From NCBI RefSeq assembly GCF_006345805.1, contig NW_021836471.1, positions 1 to 24,045 on the forward strand: a stretch of 24,045 nt of DNA, in the 5' to 3' direction. This document shows, in pieces, positions 1 to 11,756 of this stretch. The stretch's first letter is position 1, and every line of letters starts with the position of its first letter. The notes beneath the pieces were generated by a model. It saw nothing but the letters and a program-made list of their open reading frames with translations. It did not search any database and was not told the origin of the DNA. The position numbers were made by a program, and so were the translations under genes. Source of the stretch: Octopus sinensis. Taxonomy: Eukaryota.

Positions 1-420
1 CATATATATATATATATATACACATATATATTTTCATATATAAAAAGATATATGTATGTATAATATACATGCATATATTATATTGTGAGAGTGTGTTGTG
101 TGTGTGTCGCGAGTGTATGTGTGTTTATATAATAATTATATATATGTGCATATGTTTAAACATACACATAATACGTATGGGGGTATATTTATAATATATA
201 TATATAATTGTATATACATACATACACACACATATATATAAATATATGTATTTCTCTCTCTCTCTCTCTCTCATCTCTCTCTCTATATATAGCTATATAT
301 ATATATATATGTATATGTATATATATATGTCTATAAAAATATATGCTTATATCCATGTATATATATATATATATTATATATATATCTATATGATTATGTG
401 TGTGTATTTGTGTGTGTGCT
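1..420. repeat. (TA)n/(CA)n/(CT)n low-complexity tract
   Basis: Directly visible dinucleotide runs; explains ORF 246..476. Confidence 0.9.
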
Positions 421-1049
421 CGTGTTCAAATACACACATGTCCATAAATTTTAGGTGGGGCTGTTTCTTTTTCTGAGTGACATTTCAATTCTGGAGATTT
501 CTTGATTCCTCTGATCATCTCCCTTTGTCATTCGGAGTCACTTGCAATTGCCACAGGCATTTGTTTGCCTTTCACTTCAAGTGAAGATTGTGCCTTCAAA
601 TAGAAATGAAGTATCTTGTATGTTATCTAACTTACATTAGATTTAACATGCCTGTGGCAATTCTGAATAATTTCCCTTAGTAAATTTTTATTCTGAAAAT
701 TACACTTAGCAAGATTGTTAGTCTTTATGTAAAAGCCAAAATCTTATCCTTGTTCGAGTTAAAGTAGGACAACTGCTGTGATGATGACGCCCATTGAGAC
801 AGAAACATATCTTCTCTGTAATCCTCCAAAAATCAGTCTTCTAATTTCATGCCACTTCTGAAAAACTTTTTCCCTTTTTAATTCGGAGTCGGTCGCATTT
901 GCAACGATGTATTTGTTTATCTGTCGTAGTGAAAACGTGTTCAATAACTCAAGAATTTATCTTACATGGTATCTATTATAACTTCATTGGTTTCCGTTGT
1001 CCTTATTTTCATGCCATAATCCAATGAAGCCGACAGCCAAATATACTCA

Positions 1050-1072
1050 GAGGAGAGAGAGAGAAGAGAGAG

Positions 1073-1106
<34 letters not shown>

Positions 1107-1440
1107 AGAGAAACATATACACACAGAGAGAAACATATACACACATATACACAAATACACGCACAAATACACACTCACAAACTCACGCAAACATACATAC
1201 ACACACAAACGCTCACACACACATACACATACACACATACACAAACACATATACATACAAACACACACACACATACAGATGCAAAAAACACATGCAACCA
1301 CACACTCACAAACACCCATACAAACACACACACAGAAACATATACACGCGCACACACAAGTATACACACACAAATACACGTACAAATACATACACAAACA
1401 CACACATACATAGAAAATACACACAAACACACGTGCAAAC
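1050..1440. repeat. (GA)n followed by degenerate (CA)n microsatellite
   Basis: Directly visible; source of ORFs 997..1413, 1175..1459 and overlapping ones. Confidence 0.9.
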
Positions 1441-1555
1441 ATACCCTCCAAAACAACAAGTCTCACAGTTAAGTGAGTCACTTGGCGTGACCGCAGAAGA
1501 CAAATGTCTAGGACCCAGTGAGGATTTCTTATTCGAGAAAAAACAATATCAAAAA

Positions 1556-1600
1556 ATGAAATGATATAATATATATCCTGGAAACAGCGGTAAGACCTTT
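1556..1600 (+). ncRNA. Decayed Penelope-type hammerhead remnant (3' half)
   Basis: ATATCCTG-GAAA-CAGCGG-TA-AGACCTTT matches the 3' half of the more intact motif at 5253-5304 (opposite strand) with one mismatch; the CUGANGA half is eroded. Confidence 0.4.
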
Positions 1601-1729
1601 TTTCTTCTTTTTTCTGCTTCTTCCAATCAGGATTCACGCCGTTAGCCACAAAGAATACTCTCTAATTCGAGCCTACTCTAAGCTACTAAGAATGCGTGTG
1701 GCAACTTGAAGATCCACCCACCACACGCG

Positions 1730-1846
1730 GGAGCCTCGTGGAGCTTAGGTGTTTTTGCTCAATAAACACTCACAATACCCGGTCCGGGAATCGAAACCGC
1801 GTTCTTACGACCGCGAGTCCGTTGCACTGGGTCATTGCACCTCCAC
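1730..1846 (-). mobile_element. tRNA-derived SINE, 5' portion (family A)
   Basis: Minus strand begins GTGGAGGTGCAATGACCCAGTG (A-box-like) and carries GTTTCGATTCC (B box); homologous to 2425-2543. Confidence 0.75.
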
Positions 1847-2054
1847 TGCTACTGCTGTTGCTGCTGTTGTTGTTGCTGTTGAGCGAACGGTCTTCATCCC
1901 AGAGCTCGCATGATGGGAGAAGTCCGAAACGTGGTCCTTTGCTATTCGAAAGACCCGCAGAAGAGAAAGCAGGTCAATCCCCGACACCGAGAGCATCGAC
2001 GGATGGATGAATGCGCATCCAGTCTCAGCGCTTGCGTAGGAAGTCGGGGACAGG

Positions 2055-2141
2055 AAACAGAAAGAAAGAGTGAGAGAAAGTTGGAGCGAAAGAGTACAAC
2101 AGGGGTCGCCACCACCCCCTGCTGGAGCCTCGTGGAGCTTT
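2055..2141 (-). mobile_element. SINE family A internal fragment
   Basis: GAGTGAGAGAAAGTTGGAGCGAAAGAGTACAACAGG...GGAGCCTCGTGGAGCTTT matches about 2365-2436. Confidence 0.7.
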
Positions 2142-2233
2142 CACAACGTCATCCAATGTGGCCTTCTTGTTTAACTTCTGACCAATTCTGAGCCAAACAA
2201 TTAAAATCTAACCCCAGCCCTGTTACCATGCTA

Positions 2234-2543
2234 TTTTTTTCTTTTATGCGCCCTTTTCAAGCCTAGCCAGGCTCAGGGGCCCAGTTTCTCGATTTCTATG
2301 GCGTATGTGTTCCTTCCAGATGGGCGGTACGCAAGTCCATCATAGCGTTACCCATGAAACAGGAGTGAGAGGAAGTTGGAGCGAAAGAGTACAACAGGTG
2401 TAGCTACCAACCCCTGCCGGAGCCTCGTGGAGCTTTAGGTGTTTTCGCTCAATAAACACACACAACGCCCGGTCTGGGAATCGAAACCGCGATCCTCCGA
2501 CCGCGAGTCCGCTACCCCAACCATTGGGCTATTGCGTCACCAC
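2234..2543 (-). mobile_element. Near full-length tRNA-derived SINE (family A)
   Basis: Minus-strand head with A/B boxes (GTTTCGATTCC), body shared with the 1730 and 2055 copies, ending in an A-rich tail near 2234-2245. Confidence 0.75.
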
Positions 2544-3164
2544 TTGCTGCTGCTGTTGTTTCTGTTGCGTTCGTGTTTCTTTTTCCTGCAAAATGTATTA
2601 TGGAACTCCATCCTGTTTGGATTGAATCTGACTGATAACTTTGATTTTGTTTTTTCAAAACTAATGGATCTCTTTGTTCTATGTTTTAACATATACAACC
2701 GATACAAAGTGAAATAAGGAGTTTATTGCAATTTTATTTTGGACGGTAAAAGATGTTTTTGAAGACTTTTATTGTTTTAGATCGCTTACATCCAACGAAA
2801 AAATATCGATAAAAAGTGGATGTAACACCCTCACAAATAAAATCCTCCGCAGCCGTACAGAAACAAAAAAATAACAATAGATTATGAAGAGGAATACGTT
2901 ACAATAAAGTTTGTTATTTAAATGGAAAAATCAATGCATTTTCTTTCGAGAATAGTTTTGGTGACTCGCTTAACAATGATAACACCCACAATACGCAGTT
3001 TTGAACTTATTGTTTAAAGCAAATAAATTTCGACATGGATAAAACCCTATCAGAGAAGGAGGTATGGCATCGAGATAACTGTGAACCGTTAAGGAAAGAG
3101 TTTGTCTAAGTGTGCTCAAGTATAATGATAGCGTAATAGGCTTTGTCTATGCCCTCAGTATATA

Positions 3165-3398
3165 TATTTATTTATTGCCCACAAGGGGCTAAACATAGAG
3201 GGGACAAACAAGGACAGACAAAGGGATTAAGTCGATTACATCGACCCCCAGTGCGAAACTGGTACTTTATTTATCGACCCCGAAAGGATGAAAGGCAAAG
3301 TCGACCACGGCGGAATTTGAACTCAGAACGTAACGACAGACGAAATGCCGCTAAGCATTTCGCCCGGCGCGCTAACGAGTCTGCCAGTAAGCCGCCTT
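3165..3398 (-). mobile_element. tRNA-derived SINE (family B, Meta-domain-like) with 19-bp TSD
   Basis: Head GGCGGC...TGGCAGA...GAGTTCAAATTCC; central GCCTTTCATCCTTTCGGGGTCGATAAA...AAGTACCAG resembles the MetaSINE domain (recalled); (TAAA)n tail; flanked by identical TCTATGCCCTCAGTATATA at 3146-3164 and 3399-3417. Confidence 0.85.
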
Positions 3399-3568
3399 TC
3401 TATGCCCTCAGTATATAACCGAAAGAAGCACACGTCGATGTGTAGAACAATATAAATTTCCTCGACAATGACAAGGCATGGAATAACGTCTGTATAGTAT
3501 TGAAGACATGGAGCGAGGCAAAGTGTCAAAGAGAGAGGCGTATCGACCATGTGCTTGTAGCACAATAA

Positions 3569-3636
3569 CTGGTACTCCGTCGCTTACAACGATGAGTGTT
3601 CCACTTGATCCGGTCAGCAGAATAGCTTTCTCGTCT
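3569..3636 (-). mobile_element. SINE 3' fragment (same family as 23162-23464)
   Basis: CTGGTACTCCGTCG..TTAC.ACGA.GAGT.TTCCA.TTG matches about 23162-23200. Confidence 0.5.
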
Positions 3637-3688
3637 ATATATATATAGACACTGATATTTTGAGTTCTATTCTTTTTGTATTACCAAA

Positions 3689-3809
3689 CATACACATACA
3701 CACTCATATACATACATACTTAAATACATACATACATACATACATACATACATACATACATACATACATACATACATACATACATACATACGTACGTACA
3801 TACATACAT
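3689..3809. repeat. (TACA)n microsatellite
   Basis: Directly visible. Confidence 0.95.
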
Positions 3810-4130
3810 GCAGGCATTCATGGATAGTTCCCTGTGGTTCCCAACAATTAAATTCCAAATATAAGATATTCATAAATAGAAAGATAGGTTGAAGACACGT
3901 TTAATGTGCTCTGCTTTAGCATTGAACACGGAATCACTGGGTTGCAAAGTAGATTCTTTTTTATTATATAACAACGTTTGATTGCATGCTTGAATGTTTT
4001 TTGACAAAATGTTAGTAAAGGTGACATAGAATGACAGATGGGTTGGCCTTTTTATATTCGTGACACATTCAAATGGTTATGAAAAAACGATAAAGTATAA
4101 AAGGATATAACAAACAAACAATAAGAAAAT

Positions 4131-4182
<52 letters not shown>
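4131..4182. repeat. (GA)n microsatellite
   Basis: Directly visible. Confidence 0.95.
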
Positions 4183-4185
<3 letters not shown>

Positions 4186-4789
4186 TTGACTGGAGGATAG
4201 GAGAGAAACGTAGAAAGGGAAGAAGAGAAAAATAGAAAAAGAAAACCGTTGAAGCAGACGATATTAAAATGCTTGCTTCAGAAAGAAATGATTTCGTAAT
4301 GGGGAAAGGCTCAACAATTAAATGGTCAAAAAAGCTATAGGGCAAGTGATATAAATGGGTCATAAAAAGAAATGAATAAAAAAAAATGGAGAAAATATTT
4401 TTATCGTATCTTCTGATCGTCTGTTAACGAGGAAGGTTAAAATTCTCCTTCAATTTCTTCACCAGAATAATTATAGGTTAGTAATAACTATCCTTCAGGT
4501 TTTATGTTTTGCTTGTTTTTGTAGCTGTCAAGTTACTTAATAAAACATAGTATATGGACGAGACAGCAAAGTAGAATGCTAGTGGTTGTCAATATTGAAT
4601 AGACAGGAGCGCTACTGCGTTTGACAAAGATTCGCTGCGGTATTACGTTTCTTTTTTTATTCTCGTTCTGGCTTTTCTCTTTCCGTTCTGAGATCAAGTC
4701 CCACCGAAGTCGACTTAAACTTTCATTCTTTTTTGAGAACGATGAAATGGTTTCGAATCTTGAGATAATGCCGGAAAATTTATGGAGGA

Positions 4790-4945
4790 GCGTAAGCTCA
4801 TTACATCGACCCCGTTGCTCAACTAGTACTTATCTTTTAGGTCTTATTTTTTACTCGTTTCAGGCACTTGGAGTATGCGGTCATGCTGGAGTATTGCCTT
4901 CAGGTGTTTTAGTCAAATCGACCTCGGTACTTATTATTTTAAAGC
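4790..4945 (-). mobile_element. Degenerate SINE 3' fragments (family B-related)
   Basis: TTACATCGACCCC...AACTAGTACTT resembles 3237-3268; followed by a second TCGACCTCGGTACTTATT block. Confidence 0.45.
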
Positions 4946-4961
4946 CTGCTACCTGTACTGT

Positions 4962-4963
<2 letters not shown>

Positions 4964-5054
<91 letters not shown>

Positions 5055-5198
5055 ATGTATATATATGTGTGTGTGTATATATATATATATATATACATAT
5101 ATATACACACATATATATATATACATATATATACATATATACATCTATACATATATATATATATAATATATATATATATACACAGACACACACACATA
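4964..5198. repeat. (TA)n/(TG)n/(CA)n compound microsatellite
   Basis: Directly visible. Confidence 0.95.
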
Positions 5199-5252
5199 TA
5201 ATACGATGAAAAATCAAGGCTGAATAGATTTTAGAACATTTATAGATAAAAG

Positions 5253-5304
5253 GTCTTACAGCTGTTTCCAGGATATTTATTAATTATATCCCTTCATCGG
5301 AGAC
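5253..5304 (-). ncRNA. Minimal type I hammerhead motif of Penelope-like-element type
   Basis: Minus strand reads GUCU-CCGAUGA-AGGGAUAU(9-nt loop)AUAUCCUG-GAAA-C-AGCU-G-UA-AGAC: stem I GUCU/AGAC, stem II, palindromic stem III loop, GUA triplet. Core U4 is C and the first stem II pair is a mismatch. Confidence 0.65.
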
Positions 5305-5585
5305 AGTATGAGAGGATAGTTAATTAGTAGTTAATTTAGATACGCTACAAAACATATATATGTATATATATATATATAAAATAAGGGCAAAAGAAAAATT
5401 CTAATGCCAAATATGCCGAAAAATAATAATTTATGCGTCTCTTTTTGCCCTTATTTTATATGTTAGTTATAAATTTGCCCTTATTTTATAAGTTATTTAT
5501 AAATTTAGCCTTTAAAGGTATTTTTGATATGCTGGCCATTGATAAAATTTTTTTTCCGAAAAAGATTTTATCCTACTTTAGTTGT

Positions 5586-5654
<69 letters not shown>

Positions 5655-5690
5655 TATATGTATGTACAAAGTATGTGGGGTTTATTTCAG

Positions 5691-5718
5691 AGGTGATCTA
5701 AACGATCAGGTACGCCAG
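5691..5718 (+). CDS. Candidate 28-nt micro-exon (one open frame: GDLNDQVRQ)
   Basis: Acceptor TTTATTTCAG ends at 5690 and a consensus donor CAG|GTAAGT starts at 5719; no recognisable homology. Confidence 0.25.
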
Positions 5719-6051
5719 GTAAGTGCTTTAACGGATTACTGGGGCTCCAAAGTAAAAGCCGAAACGGTAGTTATGGAGCCATTGTATATGTCTTCAGATA
5801 TTTGCCTTGCCTTAATGTTTGACGTCTTGTTTAACTAAGACTTCCGCCCCAGTGTCCGAAACTCTGAGTTTTATTATGACAAAATGATGGGTTCATTAGG
5901 TTAAGTTTTATTTGAAAAATACAGTTTCTTTGAATTTGCTTCAGAAAGAGGTTTATGTTTGTGATGGTTAGTTCGGGCGGAGGCACTAGGAATGGGGTTT
6001 GAGTCTCAAGGGGGCAGCAGCCAGAAAAAAGTTCGTCAACCACTGCTTTAT

Positions 6052-6160
6052 ATCTTTTACGGAGTCGATAAAATAAAGTACCAGTCAAGTCCTGGGGTCA
6101 TCTAATTCTCCCTCCCTCTCCACTAAAACTGCCGATCTTGTCCCAAATTTGGGAACAATT
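6052..6160 (+). mobile_element. SINE family B-related 3' fragment
   Basis: GGAGTCGATAAAATAAAGTACCAGTCAAGTCCTGGGGTC matches the Meta-like block seen at 3240-3285 and 17905-17950. Confidence 0.55.
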
Positions 6161-6802
6161 ACGTATAAAAATTACTTGTGTTATGTTTCGAAGTACTTCG
6201 TTTCTCATAAAATCTTGTTATTTCATTCGCAAAAATCTTGATAATGTTCTACTTTGAAACCGAATAAAACAATTATGTCTTGTGTAACTCTCCTGGAATG
6301 GCTTCAAGCGTAAAAATAATTAATTATTGTTTTTTTTTCTTTTACTTCATCAAAGACAAACATAGTTTTTGAAAGACGCAAATTGCATCAAAGACTTTAA
6401 CTGTTGATTATGCTAATATTTATTTTTGGTTTAGTCTGAAGAACAAAAGAGTCAATGTGGAATTTTAGTAGGGTTTCTGAGACTGAAGACTCGTGTATGT
6501 GTGTGAGTTTGAGTGAGTGTGTGTGTGTGAGTGTGTATGTATGTGTGTGTATGTGTGTGTTTATGCGCGTGTGCTTGTGATGAATTTCCATAATTTATGG
6601 GTTCTTTCGAATATCCTGTTCACAGAAATCCTGATCGCAGAAAACATACAAAAGAATGACCCAGATAATGGTCAACAATCCCCTGTCGGTGGTTTTACAC
6701 TGAGTGACCGTTTAAATCTACTACTTTACGTTAGGTACATCCCGTTCACTCTACCTCGGCTCGGTTCACCGTTTATCCAAAGTCAATCTCACGAGGTACA
6801 AG

Positions 6803-6955
6803 TATACGAAGCCCAGTATACCCGTCATGACTACCCGTCTGATAAGGGTACACCAGGCACATGCATCACAACAATATGTGCGCAACATGGTGATCTCATA
6901 TCAAGATAAACAGCACATGACCTTGCAGGTAAGGCCCAGTTGGAATTATCTTCTT
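6803..6955 (-). mobile_element. Fragment of (AAT)n-tailed retroposon (family X)
   Basis: Close match to about 18278-18430 (ATGACTACCCGTCTGATAAGGGTACACCAGGC...). Confidence 0.75.
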
Positions 6956-7657
6956 GTCGAAGCTTTGATAAAGGACATTGGTCTCAAGGGCCGTACAATG
7001 GGATCGAAACGAGTGCAGTTAAATTCTTCAACTTAAACAGCCATACCCCTGTCCTTATCATTATCTACAAGGCTTTCTCAGGATCATGTGGTAACTCCGG
7101 AAAAGAATGTTATACATTATTTTATGAAAGCAGAAGTGAGGGTGAAAAACCACCTCAATAAATATGCTGCTTTTACGTTTTCCTTTAATAAAAGAAGGGG
7201 AAGAACACGGGTGAGAGTTGGTGTGAGTAGCTTGCGAGATATACGTTGAAGGAGGAAGCAAAGCGTGAATCAGGGATGGAAGAATTTATTTGACGTCAAC
7301 ACTTACATTGCTTTTGTTCACAGTACAATCGAAACCAGGGTCGGTGCAGAGTTGATTTTGACGTTGCCGTCTCTGTTGTATTGATGCGCTGCTTATTAGA
7401 TGTATGCAGTGGGAGTTACTTTATTGGGCGGTGATTCTGTAGAATATGGTGCTGTACGAGTTGTGTTATGTTACTGAGAGACGATTGTGTAGAGCAATAG
7501 ATCTCAACCCGGGGTCCATGTGATCCTTGAGGGCCAATTATAATTTTGTTTTAAAAATTACGTGCAACAAATTATTTATACTTCCACAATACTCAAAATA
7601 TTTCATCAATTTATCAATACATTTCCTTTAATATTTAACTATAGAAATATCATTCTA

Positions 7658-8198
7658 TTGGGTTGTCCGGAAAATTCGTGCCGATTTATAGTAGCTTACC
7701 TTTCCACTTATTTTCGAACATGGTTGGGCCCATAAAATAGGATTTGATTACACCTCCATTTAAAGCACAGTATAAGCTATATTTTCCTGGAAGAAGGTTT
7801 ATGTTCCTATAACCTGTGTTAATTCTGCAACCCTTTAAAATGGAAGATAAGAAAGTTCCTTTTCGGCACTTGATGCTTTGGGAACCAGACCAAATTTGCT
7901 GCATCTCGGTTGGGATGTGTTACCCCATCTTCCATATTCACCAGATATTGCTCCTTCGCAGAATGGTCTTAATGGTAAAAAATTCAATTCCTTGGATGAC
8001 GTAAAAAGATACCTTGATGAATTCTTTGCCATGAAACCACCTCAATTCTGGGAAGAGGGTATTTTCAAGTTAAAGGAAAGATGGAGACGCATTGTACAAT
8101 AAAATAGTTCATATTTGGTGGATTAAAAATGTAATGGCAAGTATTTATTGACCTTTTTCTTTCCTTTAAAATCGGCACGAACTTTTCGGACAACCCAA
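7658..8198 (+). mobile_element. Internally deleted mariner transposon, copy A (541 bp)
   Basis: 30-bp TIRs (TTGGGTTGTCCG...GTGCCGATTT, 2 mismatches), TA at 7656-7657 and 8199-8200; residual transposase C-terminus WDVLPHLPYSPDIAPS...KKFNSLDDVK...FWEEGIFKLKERW (mariner YSPDLAPSD motif). Confidence 0.92.
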
Positions 8199-8290
8199 TA
8201 TATTTAAGAGATGAGAAATTATATACATTATTTACATTCTTTACATTACTTACATTTGACGGTTATTCATGGGTATACCCATCATGACGA

Positions 8291-8413
8291 GTAGCCATGA
8301 TGGGTATACAGGGCTTCGTATATTTTACCCCAGTGTCACTTTGATGGCATGCACAGCTCTCTCACTGAATAATGATAATATTAATAATAATAATAATAAT
8401 AATAGTAGTAGTA

Positions 8414-8455
<42 letters not shown>

Positions 8456-8491
8456 GTAGTAGTAGTAGTAATAATAATAATAATAATAATA

Positions 8492-8550
<59 letters not shown>
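8291..8550 (+). mobile_element. 5'-truncated family X 3' end plus (AAT/AGT)n tail
   Basis: Reverse complement of about 18232-18310, running directly into (AAT)n at 8368-8550. Confidence 0.75.
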
Positions 8551-8804
8551 TGTGGATAACTAGTATGACGCCATTTTTCTCTAAAGGAAGACTCTGTATT
8601 ACTCGTTTGTTTTCATCAGTTTGGCCATCAAGAATATTCCTGAATAAAGAAAAAAATTATTTCAATAGAGGCAGGAAAAAAATGAAATAAAATAAATTCA
8701 AATAAACTACAAGAACAAGAACAACAACAAAACAATTCTCATCAAACTTGGTAATACATTAAATGTGATGAAATGTTGAAAAATTTTGAAAAAAGAAAAT
8801 AAAA

Positions 8805-9050
8805 ACCACAACCAGTACCACCACCACTAACACCACCACCACCACCACCACCGCTACCACCATCGCCACCACTATTACTCCCAAAACGGCAGTACGATCA
8901 CCACTACCACCACCATCACCGTCATCACCACAACTACTACTATCATCAGCGCCACCACCACCAACACAACCACTACCAACACCACCACTATCAACACCAC
9001 CATCGCTGCTGCCGCCGCCACCACCACTGTCGGTGTTGCCACCACAGTTA
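8805..9050. repeat. Degenerate (ACC)n tract
   Basis: Directly visible. Confidence 0.85.
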
Positions 9051-9136
9051 CATACGCGTCTTTAATTGAATATTCCACTAGAAATTGGTTTCAATCTTTA
9101 TTCCATTTTCATACGACGAGCATCTATTGTATAATC

Positions 9137-9137
9137 C

Positions 9138-9168
<31 letters not shown>

Positions 9169-9173
9169 TACTG

Positions 9174-9213
<40 letters not shown>

Positions 9214-9251
9214 TAATAATAATAATAATGATAATAATAATAATAATAATG

Positions 9252-9306
<55 letters not shown>

Positions 9307-9345
9307 TAATAATGATGATAATAATGGTGATAATGATAATAATGG
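9137..9345. repeat. (AAT)n/(GAT)n microsatellite
   Basis: Directly visible. Confidence 0.95.
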
Positions 9346-9635
9346 GGAGGAAGAGGAGGAGGTGGAGGAGGAAATAGCCAAGAATACGGAAACCAAACTA
9401 CAAAAAACAAACAAACAACAAAACAAAACGACAACAAAAAGAAAAGCAATAAACATGTCGAGCTGCAATGAAATAATAATCGAAGTTTTCATTGGTGTGA
9501 AGCGCATTATTCTGAAATGGGCGCCATCTTGTATGCTAACTTCTTTATGAAATCTATATACATGTGTATGTACACACTCGCACGCATACATGCATACATA
9601 CATATTTGAGCATATACATACATACATATATATAT

Positions 9636-9680
<45 letters not shown>

Positions 9681-9718
9681 AACACACCACACACGCATGT
9701 ATATATATATATATGCAC

Positions 9719-9858
<140 letters not shown>

Positions 9859-9860
9859 TA

Positions 9861-10178
9861 CGTGAATGTTGAACGATGAGAATGAGTGCTCGTGGATATA
9901 TATGCATGCATGTATGAATATACATATATATGTATATATATATATATATATAGATACATATACATACATACATACATATATATATATATATATGTATGTA
10001 TATATATGTATCTATATATATATATATACATATATATGAATATTCATACATATATATATATATATGTATGTATATATATGTATCTATATATATAATATAT
10101 ATATATACATATATATGTATATTCATACATGCATGCATATATATCCACAAGCACTCATTCTCATCGTTCAACATTCAC

Positions 10179-10179
<1 letters not shown>
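9861..10179. repeat. ~320-bp fold-back (inverted repeat) embedded in (TA)n
   Basis: 9861-9920 (CGTGAATGTTGAACGATGAGAATGAGTGCTCGTGG...) is the reverse complement of 10120-10179 with one mismatch; the symmetry continues inward through low-complexity sequence. Confidence 0.85.
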
Positions 10180-10216
<37 letters not shown>

Positions 10217-10221
10217 ATATA

Positions 10222-10261
<40 letters not shown>

Positions 10262-10729
10262 ACATACATACATACATACATATATATATACATACATATA
10301 TTACACCCAAATGCATATAAGTGTCTGTCTTTGCTTGTGTGTGTGTGTTTATTTGACTATATAGTATACACACGGGCACACACAAGTGATAGTTAATGTA
10401 ATGCAAATGTGCTTATGTTTTATACAGCAGTAAAACTACCCATTTTAATTTGAAAATTGAAATTTTGAAATCTACAAGCATAGACCCATACATATACACA
10501 CATATCTCCATTACCATTTTCACATAAACGCTGAGACACATTTGTATACAATATATATATATATATATATATATGCAGGTGTACGTGCGTATGTATGCAT
10601 ATAGGAGCTGGCCTGGATGTTTGGTTAGGAAGTTCGTTTCGAAACTGTTTTTTAATGGTTAAATTGCACTGCACAGCACCTTGAAATGGGTCTTGTATTT
10701 CTGGATTCGTTTGTTTGAGTTGTATCATA

Positions 10730-11294
10730 TTGGGTTGTCCGAAAAGTTCGTGCCTTTTTTTAAAGGAAAGAAAAAGGTCAATAAATACTTGCCATTACAT
10801 TTTTAATCAACCAAATATGAAACATTTTGTTGCACAATGCGTCTCAATCTTTCCTTTAACTTGAAAATACCCTCTTCCCAGAATTGAGGTGGTTTCATGG
10901 CAAAGATTTCATCAAGGTATCTTTTTACGTCATCCAAGGAATTGAATTTTTTACCATTAAGACTATTCTGTAGAAATTTAATAAGTGGAAATCCGAAGGA
11001 GCAATATCTGGTGAATATGGAAGATGGGGTAACACATCCCAACCGAGATGCAGCAAATTTGGTCTGGTTCCCAAAGCATCAAGTGCCGAAAAGGAACTTT
11101 CTTATCTTCCATTTTAAAGGGTTACAGAATTAACACAAGTTATAGGAACATAAACCTTCTTCCAGGAAAAGATAGCTTAAACTGTGCTCTAAATGGAGGT
11201 GTAGTCAAATCCTATTGTATGGACTCAACCATGTTCTAAAATAAGTGGAAAGGTAATCTGCTATAAATCGGTACGAACTTTCCGGATAACCTAA
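10730..11294 (-). mobile_element. Internally deleted mariner transposon, copy B (565 bp)
   Basis: Same family as copy A in opposite orientation; TA at 10728-10729 and 11295-11296; retains YSPDIAPSDFHL including the third catalytic Asp codon that is deleted in copy A. Confidence 0.92.
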
Positions 11295-11296
11295 TA

Positions 11297-11756
11297 GAAT
11301 TGGTAGTGTTTTGCGTAGGATGCAGGCTGTTCCTATTCTTTGTATTGAGTGCAGTTTTGAGGGTCCAGGCATAGCACCTACGTTTTTCTTCATGTTTTAT
11401 TTTTTATCATATCCAATGCTCCGATTATTACTGGTATTGTTTTCACCTTTATGCCTCAATTTGGAGTTTTTTTACTTTGACAATTTCTTCACTTCTTTAT
11501 TGGCCATATTTTAGTCCGATGGGTCTACAATGCTCCTCAACAAGCAGATGTATCTTTTCTCCAATCCTTGATTATTATGTCTGGGCAGTTTGTTTTTATT
11601 TCTTTGTCAGTTCGAATAAGTATATTCCAGATGATTGTGGCCTGGCCGTTGTTATGTACCTTGTTTGGCATATGTTTTTACAATTTCTTATCAGCTTTTA
11701 ATGATGTAGTGTCGGTATATATTGTCCAGTAGATATAACTACTTACTCGGTCATGC

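Noticed and set aside
966-1045. Possible 80-nt minus-strand exon after the (CT)n tract with a GTAAG donor
   Set aside because: The acceptor is the rare GAG, the pyrimidine tract is just a microsatellite, and the peptide is unrecognisable.
5735-5775. GGCT...AGCC-GAAA-CGGTA as a decayed hammerhead
   Set aside because: No CUGANGA core and stems too short to distinguish from chance.
6025-7510. hAT-like termini at 6025-6045 and 7495-7510
   Set aside because: Degenerate, facing away from each other, and without a shared 8-bp TSD.
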